From Gammaproteobacteria bacterium (GTDB lineage Bacteria > Pseudomonadota > Gammaproteobacteria > GCA-001735895), in assembly GCA_024638385.1 (NCBI GenBank), contig JAHEKJ010000231.1, forward strand, positions 71,835 through 135,834: a DNA stretch of 64,000 nucleotides, given 5' to 3'. Both the position numbers and the translations under genes were made by a program. The number at the start of each line of letters is the position of its first letter. The first letter of the stretch is position 1. This document shows, one piece after another, positions 28,823 through 40,214 of this stretch. The notes beneath the pieces were generated by a model. That model worked only from the letters and a program-made list of their open reading frames with translations. It did not search any database and was not told the DNA's origin.

Positions 28823-28896
28823 CATGATGAAGGTGACAAGCTAAAGTAATGGCCATTCGGTCCCACCCGGCTTTTTTTTGCGCGACCGATTCGCCG

Positions 28897-29607
28897 TCAG
28901 CTATCCTGCTTGATCAGCTCGACGAACTTCGCCGGCACGCAATCCTCGTCGATACGGCGCACGGCCTGCTTGAAATCCGCCAGCGCAAAGTTGTAGGTCC
29001 ACTGGCGAACCGGCTTTTCGAGCTGAAACACCGGGAAGCGAATCGCGATGTCGACGCTTTCGGATTTGTGAATCAGGTCGTCCGCCTTCAACAGGTTGAC
29101 GTTGAACTGTTTCAGGTCGATCGGTGAACCGTCGCCGAGGGTTTCCCAAACGCCGGTCTGCGCCTGCTTCTCGCCCAGCGTCTCGCTGAACAGGCTGGCG
29201 TCGTCGACGGCTTGCAAGGCCTGCACCTGGATGCCGACGCGCTCGTGCGCGGCCAGCGAGACGTCGACGCCCGTGAACAGCCCGTAATTCTTCGAGACCA
29301 GGACGGGATCCTTTGCGTCGACGCCGCCGCCGGATTTGTCCGACAGGGAAATCACCAGCTTGCACTGGTACATCAGCTGCCCGAGCTTGCCGAGGCGACG
29401 GGGATCGCTGTTCTTGAGTCCGCGCAGCGAATCGTTGGTCTCCGGGACGAATCCGATCAGCGTCAGTATCGCGACGCCGGATTCGGTGGTCTCGTAGTCG
29501 TAAACGATCTCGGCTTCGCCGATCGTGATCGTTTTGATTTCGGCGGCCATGAGCAGGGTGGTCATGGCAGGCAACACCCCGAACAGCAACGCGGCAAACG
29601 CTTTCAT
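28897..29607 (-). CDS. Hypothetical secreted protein
   Basis: Start taken at [21 protein letters not shown] (ATG 29607), preceded by GGAGGAGA. The remainder of the 580-aa track ORF is Arg-rich upstream read-through. No family recognised. Confidence 0.55.
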   Translation of the reverse strand: MKAFAALLFGVLPAMTTLLMAAEIKTITIGEAEIVYDYETTESGVAILTLIGFVPETNDSLRGLKNSDPRRLGKLGQLMYQCKLVISLSDKSGGGVDAKDPVLVSKNYGLFTGVDVSLAAHERVGIQVQALQAVDDASLFSETLGEKQAQTGVWETLGDGSPIDLKQFNVNLLKADDLIHKSESVDIAIRFPVFQLEKPVRQWTYNFALADFKQAVRRIDEDCVPAKFVELIKQDS

Positions 29608-29889
29608 CTCGTCTCCTCCCGCGATCTCGCCGCCGTCGGTCGTCGCTCGCGGCGCGGCTCGATCGTCGTTTCGGATCACCCTACACCGATTCGCAAAGGG
29701 TGTCGAATGGAGCAAGGATCGCGATTCGACGCAACCAGCGTCGCGACCGCAGGCACTTGTGAACCGGGGCAGGATTTGCGCCGAACCCTCGCCGCGGCGC
29801 GCCGCGGCGGCGAGCCAAACGCCGATTTCTCGCTTATACTCGGGAACCATCGCAGCGACGCTAACTTGCAAGGATTTTCTCGACTCGCC

Positions 29890-31596
29890 ATGGATCCCCA
29901 CCACGTACTCGGCATCGGCTACAACGCGACCCAGGACGAGATCAAGCAAGCCTATCGCCGGCTCGCGATGAAGTGGCATCCCGACCGCAACCGCGACTCG
30001 GTCGAGGCGAAAGAGCGCTTTCACGAGGCGGCCGAAGCCTACAAGACGCTGTTCGAAGGGGCGAAGACGCGCGGCAACGGCAACGGCGAAGACCGCGCGG
30101 GCGGCGATTACCGGCAGTACCGTTCGGACGCCTACGGACAGGAATACGATCCCGGCGAGGACGCGCAGGAAGAGTTCGCCGAGTCGGTCTTCTGGGACGT
30201 CATGCTCGACTACGCGATCAAGCTCGCGCAGACCGGCATGAACGAACACGAGATCGCGATCGACATCTGCAAGAACGGTTGCGGCGAAAAGCTCGCGCGG
30301 CGAATCGCCGACAAGGCCTACAACATCCATGCCCACTATACGCGCGACCCCGAAGCCGGCAGGCGGCGCAAGGCGAAACCGGATCGATCGACCTTCAGGG
30401 AAGAGCGCCTCGACGGCGATCTGTATCGCGCCTTCGTCGGCCAGCGCAGCTACGTGCTGAGTCCGCGCCGGGCGACGGACGACTACCTCGTCGTGTTCCG
30501 CGCGTTTCGCCGCGCGGCAGCGGGCAGCCCGCTCGCGTGGATCAGCCCCAACCGGCGCCTGCTGCGGATCCTCAATTTTGCACTGGTGCTGTTCACCGTG
30601 CTGCTGCTCGCGGTTTACTACTTTCCGGGCCCGTCGCAATACAAGCTGCTGCCCGACAAGCTGCTATTGCAATTGCCTTTCCTGGTCCTGCCGCTGATGT
30701 TCGTCTGGATGCTTTATCGCAGGCTGTGGAACGCGACCCTCGTGATGCTGCCGGTCTACGCCGCGACGATCGCCTGGTATAACGCGTCGGTGCCGGAGGC
30801 CGTGCACCGGGACCTTTACGCGCTGGCACCGGTCGCGCTGGCCGGTTTCGCGCCGTTCGCGCTGATCGCGCTGTTCGGCAACTATCTCTACTACCGCAAG
30901 GCCCGGGGCATGATCCGGCAGGCCAAGAACCTGTTCACCGACCATATCGATCAAATGGTCTGGATCAAGAACCGGGCGGGCACTTCGGCGACCGCCGCCT
31001 TGCTGTTCACGCTGGTGTTCGGCGCGGCGCTCGTGCACCTGGTCCCGCGCAACTGGGAGGTATCGGGGGCGGTCGGTTTCGCCGTATTCCCGGCCGAGCG
31101 CGCCTACCGGGCGGAGCGGCTCGAAAAGATCCAGCGGCGATCGAGCGAGGCACGGCAATTCTTCGACATCGCCGAAGCGCATTTCAACGCCAGCCCGCCC
31201 GACTACGTCAAGGCCGAGATGGCATACAGCACTTCCGCCGACAACGGTTCGCTGCTGTCGGCCTACAAGCTCGGCTACATGTACTTCACCGGCGAGGGCG
31301 CCGGCCAGAGCGACCGGCTCGCGTTCGAATACTTCCTGCGCGCAACCGACGCGCCGCTCGCATTCCAGCCCCACAAGCTCGAGCTGACCACCCGCTTTCT
31401 CGCCGAGTCCTACAACAATCTCGGCCTCATGTATCAGCACGGCCTCGGCACCCGCAAGAACCCGCGACGCGCCGCCGAGATGTACCGGCGCGCGGCCGAG
31501 TTCGGCGCCAGCGATGCGCGGCGCAATCTCGACCGGGTCGAATGGCCGGCAGGGGACGCGGACCGGCCCCGGGTTGCCTACCCGGATTATCGCTGA
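29890..31596 (+). CDS. J-domain (DnaJ-like) / polytopic membrane / Sel1-repeat fusion protein
   Basis: Start taken at [34 protein letters not shown] (HPD motif), ATG 29890. About five hydrophobic helices in the middle. C-terminal Sel1-like repeats ([48 protein letters not shown]). Confidence 0.75.
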   Translation: MDPHHVLGIGYNATQDEIKQAYRRLAMKWHPDRNRDSVEAKERFHEAAEAYKTLFEGAKTRGNGNGEDRAGGDYRQYRSDAYGQEYDPGEDAQEEFAESVFWDVMLDYAIKLAQTGMNEHEIAIDICKNGCGEKLARRIADKAYNIHAHYTRDPEAGRRRKAKPDRSTFREERLDGDLYRAFVGQRSYVLSPRRATDDYLVVFRAFRRAAAGSPLAWISPNRRLLRILNFALVLFTVLLLAVYYFPGPSQYKLLPDKLLLQLPFLVLPLMFVWMLYRRLWNATLVMLPVYAATIAWYNASVPEAVHRDLYALAPVALAGFAPFALIALFGNYLYYRKARGMIRQAKNLFTDHIDQMVWIKNRAGTSATAALLFTLVFGAALVHLVPRNWEVSGAVGFAVFPAERAYRAERLEKIQRRSSEARQFFDIAEAHFNASPPDYVKAEMAYSTSADNGSLLSAYKLGYMYFTGEGAGQSDRLAFEYFLRATDAPLAFQPHKLELTTRFLAESYNNLGLMYQHGLGTRKNPRRAAEMYRRAAEFGASDARRNLDRVEWPAGDADRPRVAYPDYR

Positions 31597-31649
31597 GGAA
31601 ACCGGCCCGCGAGTCGTGAGCAAACCGGCCAGACCGAGGAAACAATTCG

Positions 31650-32447
31650 ATGAATAATGTATCGAGACGAAAAACCCGCCGCTGGATCTGGATCGCGCTG
31701 ACGTGCGGCGGCACCGCGTTCGCGGGCCAGGACGACCTCGACCGCGCGACCGCGCGCTACTATGCCGGCTATCCCGCCGATGCGATCGCGATGCTCGAGC
31801 CGCTGGCGCGCGCCGGCGACGTCGCCGCGCAATACCTGCTCGGCAACATGAGCTACGCGCTGCGGCAGGCCAACGCGGCGGGCGACTACGACCCGATCGC
31901 GTGGTATCGCATGGCGACCGAGCGCGGCTCAGCCGAGGCCGCCTATGCGCTCGGCGCGATTTACAACAACCGCTGGCTCGAAAGCCGCACCGAAGAGGAC
32001 GCGCGCCTCGCCGAATTCTACTACCAGCAGGCGGCCGACCGGGGTTACGTCAAGGCCGAGGCGCCGCTGCTCAAGCTCGCGACGCGCAACAGCGCCCGGC
32101 CGAAAGCCCGCTCGCTGACCTACACCAACGAATCGTTCGCGAGCCAACAGCCGTCGCTGCCGGCAAGCAGCGAGCAAGCCACGGCCGCGGCCGGAACCTC
32201 CGGCATCGCGCCGAGCGGCGATCCGCTTGCCGACGCGACGCGACTCGCGGAAACGCTCAGGCAGCTGGGCGTCGGCGAGGATCTCCTCGGCGGCATCGCC
32301 AACGACGGCAAGGCGCCCGACAAGCAGGCCCTGCGCGGCCTGCTCGGCGGCCTCGGCGCCGACGCCCAGTTGATCGACAACCTGATGAAACTGATGGATC
32401 ACGTGCAATCGGTCACCGAGCACAGCCTCGCGCCCGGCGCGAATTGA
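31650..32447 (+). CDS. Sel1-repeat (TPR-like) exported protein
   Basis: 265 aa with an N-terminal hydrophobic segment. Sel1-like repeats: AQYLLGNMSYA, AAYALGAIYNN, FYYQQAADRGY. Confidence 0.7.
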   Translation: MNNVSRRKTRRWIWIALTCGGTAFAGQDDLDRATARYYAGYPADAIAMLEPLARAGDVAAQYLLGNMSYALRQANAAGDYDPIAWYRMATERGSAEAAYALGAIYNNRWLESRTEEDARLAEFYYQQAADRGYVKAEAPLLKLATRNSARPKARSLTYTNESFASQQPSLPASSEQATAAAGTSGIAPSGDPLADATRLAETLRQLGVGEDLLGGIANDGKAPDKQALRGLLGGLGADAQLIDNLMKLMDHVQSVTEHSLAPGAN

Positions 32448-32629
32448 TCGACGACGACGTCCGGCGGCAACCGCGCCCGGCGCGCTGGCCCCTGCCCGAT
32501 GGCCCGGGACGCCGCAATCCGGGCATTGTCGGACCGCGAGATTGCTCCGACGAACCCCGTTTCCGCTCAACTTTTCGCACGCGCGGCCGATCTTCGAAGG
32601 GATGACTCCGACGATGAAAACGGCCGCAG

Positions 32630-35600
32630 ATGCCTGGCGAAAAAACTGACGTCGATAACCGCAAAAACCCGGATGAAGACAAGGTCTTCGAGAGAGATTT
32701 GCGAAACGAGAATCGGCGGCTGAAGCAACAGCTGGCGGCGACCGAAGCCGAGCTCAGATTGAAATACGAGCGCGAGGAAACACTGTCGGCCTCGATCAAG
32801 CTCGGCTTCTGGGAATGGGACGAAATCGAAAATCGGCCGAGCTATCTGTCTCGGCAGTTTGCCGAGATCATAGGAATCAGTCACGATGAAATCTACGATC
32901 TCTATCGTTGCGAGGAAGATTTATACAAATACATCCACCCCGACGATCTCGAGCTTTACCGCCACCATATCGATTTGCATGCCCTTGAAAAAAACGCGGG
33001 GGACGGGGCGCACGTATTCGATTATCGGATTGTCAGGCCCGACGGCGAGATTCGCCACGTGCGGGAGATGGAAATCGGCGTGTTCGAGGCGGATGGCAAG
33101 CTGATTCGCTCGTACGGCGCGGTCCAGGACACCACCGAGTATCACCGACTGCTCGAGGCCAGCCGCAAGAGCGAGGAGCATTACAGTTCGCTGTTTACGC
33201 AGATGCCGCTGGGCTTCATGGAGCAAAACTACTCTGCCATCAAGCGGAAAGTCGACCGGCTGCGGGCCGACGGAGTCCAGGATCTGAAAAGCCACCTGGA
33301 GGCCCACAGCGACGAACTGTGCCAGATGGTGATCGACACATCGGTTACCCGCGTCAACGACGCGCTGCTCGAAATGTACCATGCCGAGGACCTCGGCGAT
33401 TTCACCGAGGACGACGACGACGTCCGCTCCTGGTGGAACGACGAATGGGCGAGATTATACGCCTCCGAGATTGCCGGCCTCGCGGCTGAGGCCAATGTTC
33501 ACGAGGCCGGGCTGGTCGAGGAACGGATCGACGGCACCTTTTTCGAGGTGCGCATGATCACCAAGGTGGTCCAGGGCTACGAGGACACCTGGGAGCGCGT
33601 GATCACGATCTACGAGGACGTCACCGAGCGCAAACGCAACGAAGCCGCGCTGATCGAGGCCAAGGAGGCGGCGGAACAGGCGAGCAAGGCGAAGAGCGAA
33701 TTCCTCGCGACGATGAGCCACGAAATCAGGACACCGATGAACGGCGTGCTCGGCATGACCGAGCTGCTGATGGACGGGGATCTCGACCCGCAGGCCCGGC
33801 GCCTCGCCGCCACGGCCCACCGATCGGCCGAATCCCTGCTCGAGATCATCAACGATATCCTCGACTATTCCAAGATCGAGGCCGACCGGCTGGAGCTCGC
33901 CGACGCCGATTTCAACCTCCGGGGAATGCTCGAGGACGTCCTCGAGATGGTTGCCTCCCAGGCCCATCGCAAGGGGCTCGAGTGTATCGCCAACCTGCCG
34001 CCCGACCTGCCGCAGATAGTCAACGGCGACGAGCTGCGCCTGCGCCAGGTGTTGATCAACCTGCTCGGCAACGCGGTCAAGTTCACCGAGCGCGGCGAGA
34101 TCGGGCTGTCGGTCAGCGTCACCGATCGCGGCATTAACCATTTCGACGCCTCGTTCGAGATCTCCGATACCGGCCCCGGGATACCGCTCGAACACCAGCA
34201 ATCGATATTCGAGGCATTCAACCAGGTCGACAGCTCGGCCAGCCGTCGCCATGACGGCACCGGCCTCGGCCTGGCGATCGCCAGCCGCCTGGTGGACCTG
34301 ATGCAAGGCGATATCGAACTGGAAAGCACTCCGGACAGTGGCGCCCTGTTTCGCCTGCAAATTCCGCTGGCCGTCGCCGCGGAAGACGTCACCAAACCGC
34401 AACCCCCCGAGGCACTCGCCGGCCTGCGCGTCCTGATCGTCGACGATCACGCGGTCAACCGGGAAATCCTGCATAACCAGGTCGTTTCCTGGGGAATGCG
34501 CAACGACAACGTTAATTCCGGGCAAAAGGCGATCGAGCATATTCGCCGGGCGCAGGCGCAGGACGACCCCTACCAGATCGTCCTGCTGGACTGGCACATG
34601 CCCGACATGGATGGCCTCGAGCTCGCGCAAACGCTTACCGCCGACCCCGCCATCCACGTGCCGCAACTCGTGCTGCTGAGCTCGACCGGATTCGACACCC
34701 GGTCCGCCACCGCGCGCAAGGCATCGATCGCGCGGTACTTGCAGAAACCGGTAAAACAGCGGGCGCTGCTCGACTGCCTGAGCGACGTGATCGGCGACCG
34801 CACTGCGGTCAAGGCGGCCACGACCGGGCAAAGGCAACATTTCGCCGGCGCGATACTGCTCGCCGAGGACAACGAAGTGAACCAGGAAGTCGCCATCGGC
34901 ATGCTGATGGCGCTCGGCTGCGAGCCGGACCTTGCCGAAAACGGTGTCGCGGCCGCGGACGCGGCCGCGAGCAAACGCTACGACCTGATTCTGATGGATT
35001 GCCACATGCCGGAGCTGAGCGGTTTCGATGCGAGCCGGCGGATTCGCGATCACGAAATCGAGAATGGCTTGGCGCGGACTCCGATCGTCGCGCTTACCGC
35101 CGACGTCAGGAAAGGAGTCGAGGCGGAATGTGCCGAGGCCGGCATGGACGGCTATCTGGCCAAGCCTTTCAGCCAGCCGAAACTGGCGACCGTACTCGCG
35201 CAATGGCTCGAAACGACGGAACCGGAAGAAGACGCGAAAATCTCGCCGAAGGCCTTGCCGGGCGAAGCGGCGATCGATCCCGGTGTCCTCGACGAATTGC
35301 GCAAGCTGTCCCAATCGACCGGGCGCGACATTCTCGGCAAATCGATTCGCGCCTATTTGCGGCAAGCTCCCGGAGATGTCGTCGAACTGCGCCGGGCCCT
35401 GAGCCAGCCGGACCTGGAAGCGCTCGGGACGCTTGCCCACAGCCTCAAATCGTCGAGCGCCAATCTCGGCGCGACGGAATTGTCGGATTTATGCTTTCGC
35501 CTGGAGAACGCCGCCTACGACGAAGCCATCGATACCGCTGCCGATCTCCTCCCCGCAATCGAGGACTGCCTGTCGCCGGTTCTGCAGGCTTTGCGGCAAC

Positions 35601-37771
35601 GGCTCGACGGCGGCGACGAGGCGCCGGAGGCACCGGCCGAATCCCTGCCCGATGCGGCCGCGGCCGCGCCGACCGTACTGGTCGCCGACGACGACGATGC
35701 GTTTCGCCTCACCACGAGCGAGGCGTTCAGGGGCGCCGGGTTCCGGGTCGTCGAGGCGGACAGCGGGGAAGCGGCGCTGTCGGTGCTCGCCGAATCCTTG
35801 CCCGATCTCGTCCTGCTGGACGCAATCATGCCCGATGTCGAGGGTTTCGAGGTTTGCCGGCAGCTGCGTAAAAAGCACGATGCGCGCGCGGTCCCGGTCA
35901 TGATCCTGACCGGGCTCGGCGACATGGAGTCGGTCAACCGGGCCTTCGAATCGGGCGCCACCGACTTTATCGTCAAGCCCGTGAACCATTCGGTGCTGAC
36001 CTCGCGCGTTCGCTTCCAGCTGCGCGCCGCGGCAACGCAGCGAAAACTCCAGATCAGCCAGCAGTGGCTGGCGAGCGCGCAACGGATAGCTCGCGTCGGC
36101 TACTGGCAGTGGAATTCCGCCAGCGACGATTTCGAGTTCTCTCCACAGCTCACGGAAATGCTCTCGCTGGGCGACAGCCCGGGCGCGCGCAAGCTGGATG
36201 ACTTCATCGAAATGATCCACCCGGAGGATCGCGAGTTCATTCGAAACACGATCGTCAATGTCGGCATCGGCGGCGAGCCCGGTTCCTGCGACTATCGTCT
36301 GAACACCCTCGAGTCGAAGACGCTGATCGTGCACCAGGAGCTGGCGCGACCGCGCGAGTCCGGCGATATCGTGCTGGGGACGGTGCAGGATATCACCCGG
36401 CAACGCGAGTCGGAGAGGAGGATCCGCCAGCTCGCCTATTCCGACGAATTGACCGGGCTCGCGAGCCGCGCTTATTTCCACAAACACCTGGAGGACGTGA
36501 TCAAGGCCGCGCACCGCCGCAGCGAACGTTTCGCGCTGATGTTCCTGGACCTTGATGGGTTCAAGGACGTGAACGACAGCCTGGGCCACGACGCGGGCGA
36601 CATGTTGCTCAAGGAAGTCGCCCAGCGGCTTCGGGATGCCTTGCGCGAAACCGACTTCGTCGCGCGCCTGAGCGGCGACGAATTCTGCATCATGGTCGAC
36701 GACATTACCGACCAGTACGACGCGGCCCATGTCGCGAGCCGCTGTCTCGAGGCACTGAATGCGCCGATACGGCTGGGGCACCAGACCATCCGCCCGCGCT
36801 GCAGCATCGGTATCGCCTATTACCCGGCCGACGGCGAGGAATCCAAGGCCTTGCTGAAGGCGGCCGACAGCGCGATGTACGCTGCCAAGGAGGCCGGCAA
36901 ACACCGTTACGTGTTCTATCAGCCGGAGTTCACCGAAAAAGCCGAAAGCCGGCTGACGATCGAACAGGACCTGCGCCAGACCATCGACAACGACGAGCTC
37001 GAGCTGCATTACCAGCCGCAGATCGACGTCAGGAGCGGCCGCATGGTCGGGGTCGAGGCCCTGATTCGCTGGAATCACCCGGAGCGCGGGCTGATCCCGC
37101 CCGGGGACTTCATCGAAATCGCCGAGCGCACGCGGTTCATCAAACCGATGGGCGCGTGGGTACTGAATACGGCGTGCCGCCAGGCCATGGAATGGCGCGC
37201 CATGGGATTGCCCCACTTCCGCATGGCGGTGAATATTTCGTCCAGCCACTTCCGCGATCCCGATTTCCCCGACATGGTCGAACAGGCGATTACGGACAGC
37301 GGCTTTCCCGGCGCGGCGCTCGAGCTCGAGATCACCGAAAGCGTGACCCAACCCACCGCGGAAAACCTGTCGATCTTCGACCGGCTCAAGGCCATGGGGA
37401 TCAAGATCGCAATCGACGACTTCGGCACCGGATACTCGTCGCTGGCGTCGTTGAAACATCTTCCCATCGACCAGCTCAAGATCGACCGGGCCTTCATCAT
37501 CGACATCATCGAGGACCCGAAGTCGTCCATACTGCTCGGCACGATCGTCGGCGCCGCGCATGCGCTGGGGCAGACCGTGGTCGCCGAGGGGGTCGAGGAA
37601 GAAAATCAGGTGAAGGTTCTGGGCGCGCTGGGTTGCGATATCATCCAGGGCTATTACTTCAGCAAGCCGGTCCCCGCCGACGCCATCCCCGAACTGTCGC
37701 TGCGCGAATTCTCGAGCCGTTGCGGATCGGCCGGACCGCAACGCCCCGAACGGCAGGCGAAGACCGGATGA
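32630..37771 (+). CDS. 1713-aa hybrid sensor kinase / phosphorelay / diguanylate cyclase-phosphodiesterase (PAS-PAS-HisKA-HATPase-REC-REC-HPt-REC-PAS-GGDEF-EAL)
   Basis: Single uninterrupted ORF. Hand-mapped motifs: H-box SHEIRTP (His364), REC Asp654 ([11 protein letters not shown]), REC Asp790 ([11 protein letters not shown]), HPt His937 ([12 protein letters not shown]), REC Asp1064 ([11 protein letters not shown]), SGDEF at 1348-1352 with RETD I-site, EAL at 1476-1478. Confidence 0.92.
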   Translation: MPGEKTDVDNRKNPDEDKVFERDLRNENRRLKQQLAATEAELRLKYEREETLSASIKLGFWEWDEIENRPSYLSRQFAEIIGISHDEIYDLYRCEEDLYKYIHPDDLELYRHHIDLHALEKNAGDGAHVFDYRIVRPDGEIRHVREMEIGVFEADGKLIRSYGAVQDTTEYHRLLEASRKSEEHYSSLFTQMPLGFMEQNYSAIKRKVDRLRADGVQDLKSHLEAHSDELCQMVIDTSVTRVNDALLEMYHAEDLGDFTEDDDDVRSWWNDEWARLYASEIAGLAAEANVHEAGLVEERIDGTFFEVRMITKVVQGYEDTWERVITIYEDVTERKRNEAALIEAKEAAEQASKAKSEFLATMSHEIRTPMNGVLGMTELLMDGDLDPQARRLAATAHRSAESLLEIINDILDYSKIEADRLELADADFNLRGMLEDVLEMVASQAHRKGLECIANLPPDLPQIVNGDELRLRQVLINLLGNAVKFTERGEIGLSVSVTDRGINHFDASFEISDTGPGIPLEHQQSIFEAFNQVDSSASRRHDGTGLGLAIASRLVDLMQGDIELESTPDSGALFRLQIPLAVAAEDVTKPQPPEALAGLRVLIVDDHAVNREILHNQVVSWGMRNDNVNSGQKAIEHIRRAQAQDDPYQIVLLDWHMPDMDGLELAQTLTADPAIHVPQLVLLSSTGFDTRSATARKASIARYLQKPVKQRALLDCLSDVIGDRTAVKAATTGQRQHFAGAILLAEDNEVNQEVAIGMLMALGCEPDLAENGVAAADAAASKRYDLILMDCHMPELSGFDASRRIRDHEIENGLARTPIVALTADVRKGVEAECAEAGMDGYLAKPFSQPKLATVLAQWLETTEPEEDAKISPKALPGEAAIDPGVLDELRKLSQSTGRDILGKSIRAYLRQAPGDVVELRRALSQPDLEALGTLAHSLKSSSANLGATELSDLCFRLENAAYDEAIDTAADLLPAIEDCLSPVLQALRQRLDGGDEAPEAPAESLPDAAAAAPTVLVADDDDAFRLTTSEAFRGAGFRVVEADSGEAALSVLAESLPDLVLLDAIMPDVEGFEVCRQLRKKHDARAVPVMILTGLGDMESVNRAFESGATDFIVKPVNHSVLTSRVRFQLRAAATQRKLQISQQWLASAQRIARVGYWQWNSASDDFEFSPQLTEMLSLGDSPGARKLDDFIEMIHPEDREFIRNTIVNVGIGGEPGSCDYRLNTLESKTLIVHQELARPRESGDIVLGTVQDITRQRESERRIRQLAYSDELTGLASRAYFHKHLEDVIKAAHRRSERFALMFLDLDGFKDVNDSLGHDAGDMLLKEVAQRLRDALRETDFVARLSGDEFCIMVDDITDQYDAAHVASRCLEALNAPIRLGHQTIRPRCSIGIAYYPADGEESKALLKAADSAMYAAKEAGKHRYVFYQPEFTEKAESRLTIEQDLRQTIDNDELELHYQPQIDVRSGRMVGVEALIRWNHPERGLIPPGDFIEIAERTRFIKPMGAWVLNTACRQAMEWRAMGLPHFRMAVNISSSHFRDPDFPDMVEQAITDSGFPGAALELEITESVTQPTAENLSIFDRLKAMGIKIAIDDFGTGYSSLASLKHLPIDQLKIDRAFIIDIIEDPKSSILLGTIVGAAHALGQTVVAEGVEEENQVKVLGALGCDIIQGYYFSKPVPADAIPELSLREFSSRCGSAGPQRPERQAKTG

Positions 37772-38634
37772 GCGCCAGCCCGACGACCGCCGAAGCGCCC
37801 TGCTTGCAGCGGCTCAGCACGCTGAAATTGCCGACCCTGCCGGCCGGGACGCTGTTCCTGTTCGAATCCCTGACCAACGAGCATATCGACTTCGCCGAAC
37901 TGGCCGGGGTACTGGAAAAATTTCCGAGCATTGCCGGCAAGCTGATATCGCTGGCCAACTCGGTCTGGTCGGCGCCCACCTCTGAAGTGACCTCACTGGA
38001 GAACGCCTGCGCGCGCCTCGGTTTCGGCGTCGTTCGAAGCACCAGCATCGCGCTCGCGATCGCCGCCCCGTTCGATTCGGCGAGGTGCCCTTCGTTCGAT
38101 CCCGAGCGCTATTGGTGCAGCGCCCTGTTGACCGCGGATGCCGCTTCGCGATTGGCGCTCGCGGTGTCCGTCGACGTCGGGCTAGAGCCTTCGACCGCCC
38201 GCGCCGCTGGGCTGTTGCACGAACTGGGCCTGCTGTGGCTGGTCGACAAGCTGCCCGACGAGGTCGATCAGGCCCTCGTCATGGTCGAGAAACAGCTCGA
38301 GGCAAACCTGCAATTGGCGCTGTCGCGGGTGCTGGGCTTCGACCAGGAAAAAGCGACGGCCCGTCTCGCCGACGCCTGGGGTCTGCCCGAAACCATGGCC
38401 AGGGCGATGACGCATTATCGTGATATCGGATATCGGGGCCCGCAAGAAGCGATAGTCGCTAACGTCGGGCTGGCGGTTACGCTGGTATCGGCGATTCTCG
38501 CGGACCAGCCCTGCCCGCCGCCCGATGGGCGCTTGCCGGCCCTCGGCATCGCGGCAGCGCATTTCGCCGAAATCCATGCGACGCTGGCAGGGCAACTGGA
38601 AAGAACCAGGGCAGTCGCCAGGGTACTGGTCTGA
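37768..38634 (+). CDS. HDOD-domain signalling protein
   Basis: Start taken at ATG 37768, which overlaps the upstream stop as ATGA. HDOD pattern: [42 protein letters not shown]. Confidence 0.8.
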   Translation: MSASPTTAEAPCLQRLSTLKLPTLPAGTLFLFESLTNEHIDFAELAGVLEKFPSIAGKLISLANSVWSAPTSEVTSLENACARLGFGVVRSTSIALAIAAPFDSARCPSFDPERYWCSALLTADAASRLALAVSVDVGLEPSTARAAGLLHELGLLWLVDKLPDEVDQALVMVEKQLEANLQLALSRVLGFDQEKATARLADAWGLPETMARAMTHYRDIGYRGPQEAIVANVGLAVTLVSAILADQPCPPPDGRLPALGIAAAHFAEIHATLAGQLERTRAVARVLV

Positions 38635-38733
38635 TTGTCCGTACCGGCTCGGAACCCGGCAAATATCGCGTCTCCCGCCCATCGCCTCGAGAGAGGACCC
38701 GCTCGGCCAGGATAATCATGATAGCCGCGAGGA

Positions 38734-38793
38734 TGGTGCCCAGGGGCGGAATCGAACCGGTCCGCGCTCGGCACCGACACGGGGATTTTCAGT
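38734..38793 (-). repeat. Partial duplicate of the tRNA-Phe 3' half (distal att-like direct repeat), split by a 14-nt insertion
   Basis: 38734..38758 is identical to 49422..49446 (25/25). 38773..38793 is identical to 49447..49467 (21/21). The insertion ggtccgcgctcggc lies at 38759..38772. No 5' half of a tRNA is present. Confidence 0.85.
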
Positions 38794-38985
38794 ACGAGCT
38801 GCGAAGTAAAAAGCTCTATTTTTCAAAAACTTAAGGGGCGTCCGTTGCGGGACTCTGCATTACGAATGCATAACCGTGCACAACTGATCCCCGCAAAACT
38901 CCGTGCGAAACAGGGTTGGCGCAGGCGGTGATACCTTCATATTTAGCTACGATTGGAAGAGCCTGGTTATCAACCAGCTGCTCGC

Positions 38986-40209
38986 TTAATTTTCCAGGGT
39001 CAGGGCATGATCTTCGGTTAGCTGCAAACGGATTCCCATAGATCGGCCTTCGCGGTTCAGGGTTTCCTGCAGCCACAGGCTGTCGCCTTCCGCGGCATGC
39101 CGCAGACTGAATTGTTTGATTTGCATCGGTACCAGCTTCAATTGAATCAGTTTTCCGGAGCCGGGATCGATATCGGCGAAATACATTAGCACCAGGTCAT
39201 CCCGGTATTCCTCATAACCACTAATACCTTCATAGTCATTGATGAAATCACCACTGCCATAAATAATCAGTTTGCCGTTATATACTTCGAGCGGCTTTGG
39301 ATGATGTGAAGAATGACCATAGATAACATCGACGCCAGCTTCATCGATAAGTCGATGGGCAAAATCGATATGGCCCCGGGGAATGGCATAGCCCCAGTTA
39401 CTGCCCCAATGAATGGAGGCAACAACGATATCGCCAGCCTGCTTCAAGGTGCCGACCTGTTGCTTGACCCGCCGCACGGTGCGGGCTGTCATATTTGGCA
39501 ACAGGTTCACGCCCGCTTTATCCGCCTGCGCCGCCCACTCAGATGGAATGCCGCTTGATCGGAAGCCATAGGAATACACGATGACTCTACCTTTCTCTGC
39601 CACATCGATAATCGCAGCCTGTTCCGCCTGCCGCCGATTCTCGCCCGCGCCTGAAAACCTGATCTTGCTGCCTGCTAATGAAGCCAGTGTTTCCGTGAGC
39701 CCGGAGTAACCCCAATCAAGCACGTGGTTATTCGCGAGCGAGCAGTAATCGATACCGGCTTCGGCAAGACAGCCAATATTTTTGGGATGCATCTTGTAAT
39801 GAATTCCCTTACCCGGCCAATAGTCATGGCTCGTGGTAACGCTTGTTTCCAGGTTTATGAGTCTCACATCCGGCGCGATCCGTTGCCATTCCAGCAATGC
39901 CTCTCCCCAGAGCGTCTTACATTGTAATGGCGTCTGAATCGGGCCATTAACGGCTTCTGCCAGCGCAACATAACGCCTCGCATCTTTAACGAACGACTCA
40001 TGTAAACGAGGATTACCCGGATAGGGTAATGCCTGGTCGATACCGCGCCCGGTCATGACATCACCGGCCATGAACAGGGTAATGATGTGACTTCCGGGCA
40101 TCTTTGCAGCATACGCCACTGTTGGCAGACCCGCAGTAACAAGTAACAGGACAAAGCTGTAGAGTCCGAATTTGCCAGGCACCAGGATGTTCAGCACATG
40201 TTTCGTCAA
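38986..40209 (-). CDS. CapA-family protein (poly-gamma-glutamate synthesis / metallophosphatase-like)
   Basis: 407 aa with an N-terminal membrane anchor. Pattern: LFMAGDVMTGRGID, INLETSVT, CSLANNHVLDWG, ASIHWGSNWG, IYGHSSHHP. Confidence 0.75.
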   Translation of the reverse strand: MTKHVLNILVPGKFGLYSFVLLLVTAGLPTVAYAAKMPGSHIITLFMAGDVMTGRGIDQALPYPGNPRLHESFVKDARRYVALAEAVNGPIQTPLQCKTLWGEALLEWQRIAPDVRLINLETSVTTSHDYWPGKGIHYKMHPKNIGCLAEAGIDYCSLANNHVLDWGYSGLTETLASLAGSKIRFSGAGENRRQAEQAAIIDVAEKGRVIVYSYGFRSSGIPSEWAAQADKAGVNLLPNMTARTVRRVKQQVGTLKQAGDIVVASIHWGSNWGYAIPRGHIDFAHRLIDEAGVDVIYGHSSHHPKPLEVYNGKLIIYGSGDFINDYEGISGYEEYRDDLVLMYFADIDPGSGKLIQLKLVPMQIKQFSLRHAAEGDSLWLQETLNREGRSMGIRLQLTEDHALTLEN

Positions 40210-40214
40210 ACCTG

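Noticed and set aside
28572-28866. Three overlapping minus-strand ORFs (68-94 aa) with repeated RHCEEARADNDASLRG peptides
   Set aside because: They are translations of the 34-bp tandem repeat and the palindromic element. The periodic peptide is an artefact of the DNA repeat.
29212-29889. Upstream 226 codons of the 794-aa ORF
   Set aside because: This part is low-complexity and overlaps the divergent secreted-protein gene. The J-domain begins exactly at the internal ATG 29890.
33455-37741. Two long minus-strand ORFs (661 aa and 750 aa) inside the giant sensor gene
   Set aside because: They are antisense to an ORF with eleven recognisable domains. The products are Arg/Gly/Asp-rich with no motifs. 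Judged a GC-driven artefact.
38734-38793. Second tRNA-Phe gene
   Set aside because: Only the 3' half is present, with no acceptor 5' strand or D arm upstream, and a 14-nt insertion disrupts the T-stem. Interpreted as an att-like repeat, not a functional tRNA.
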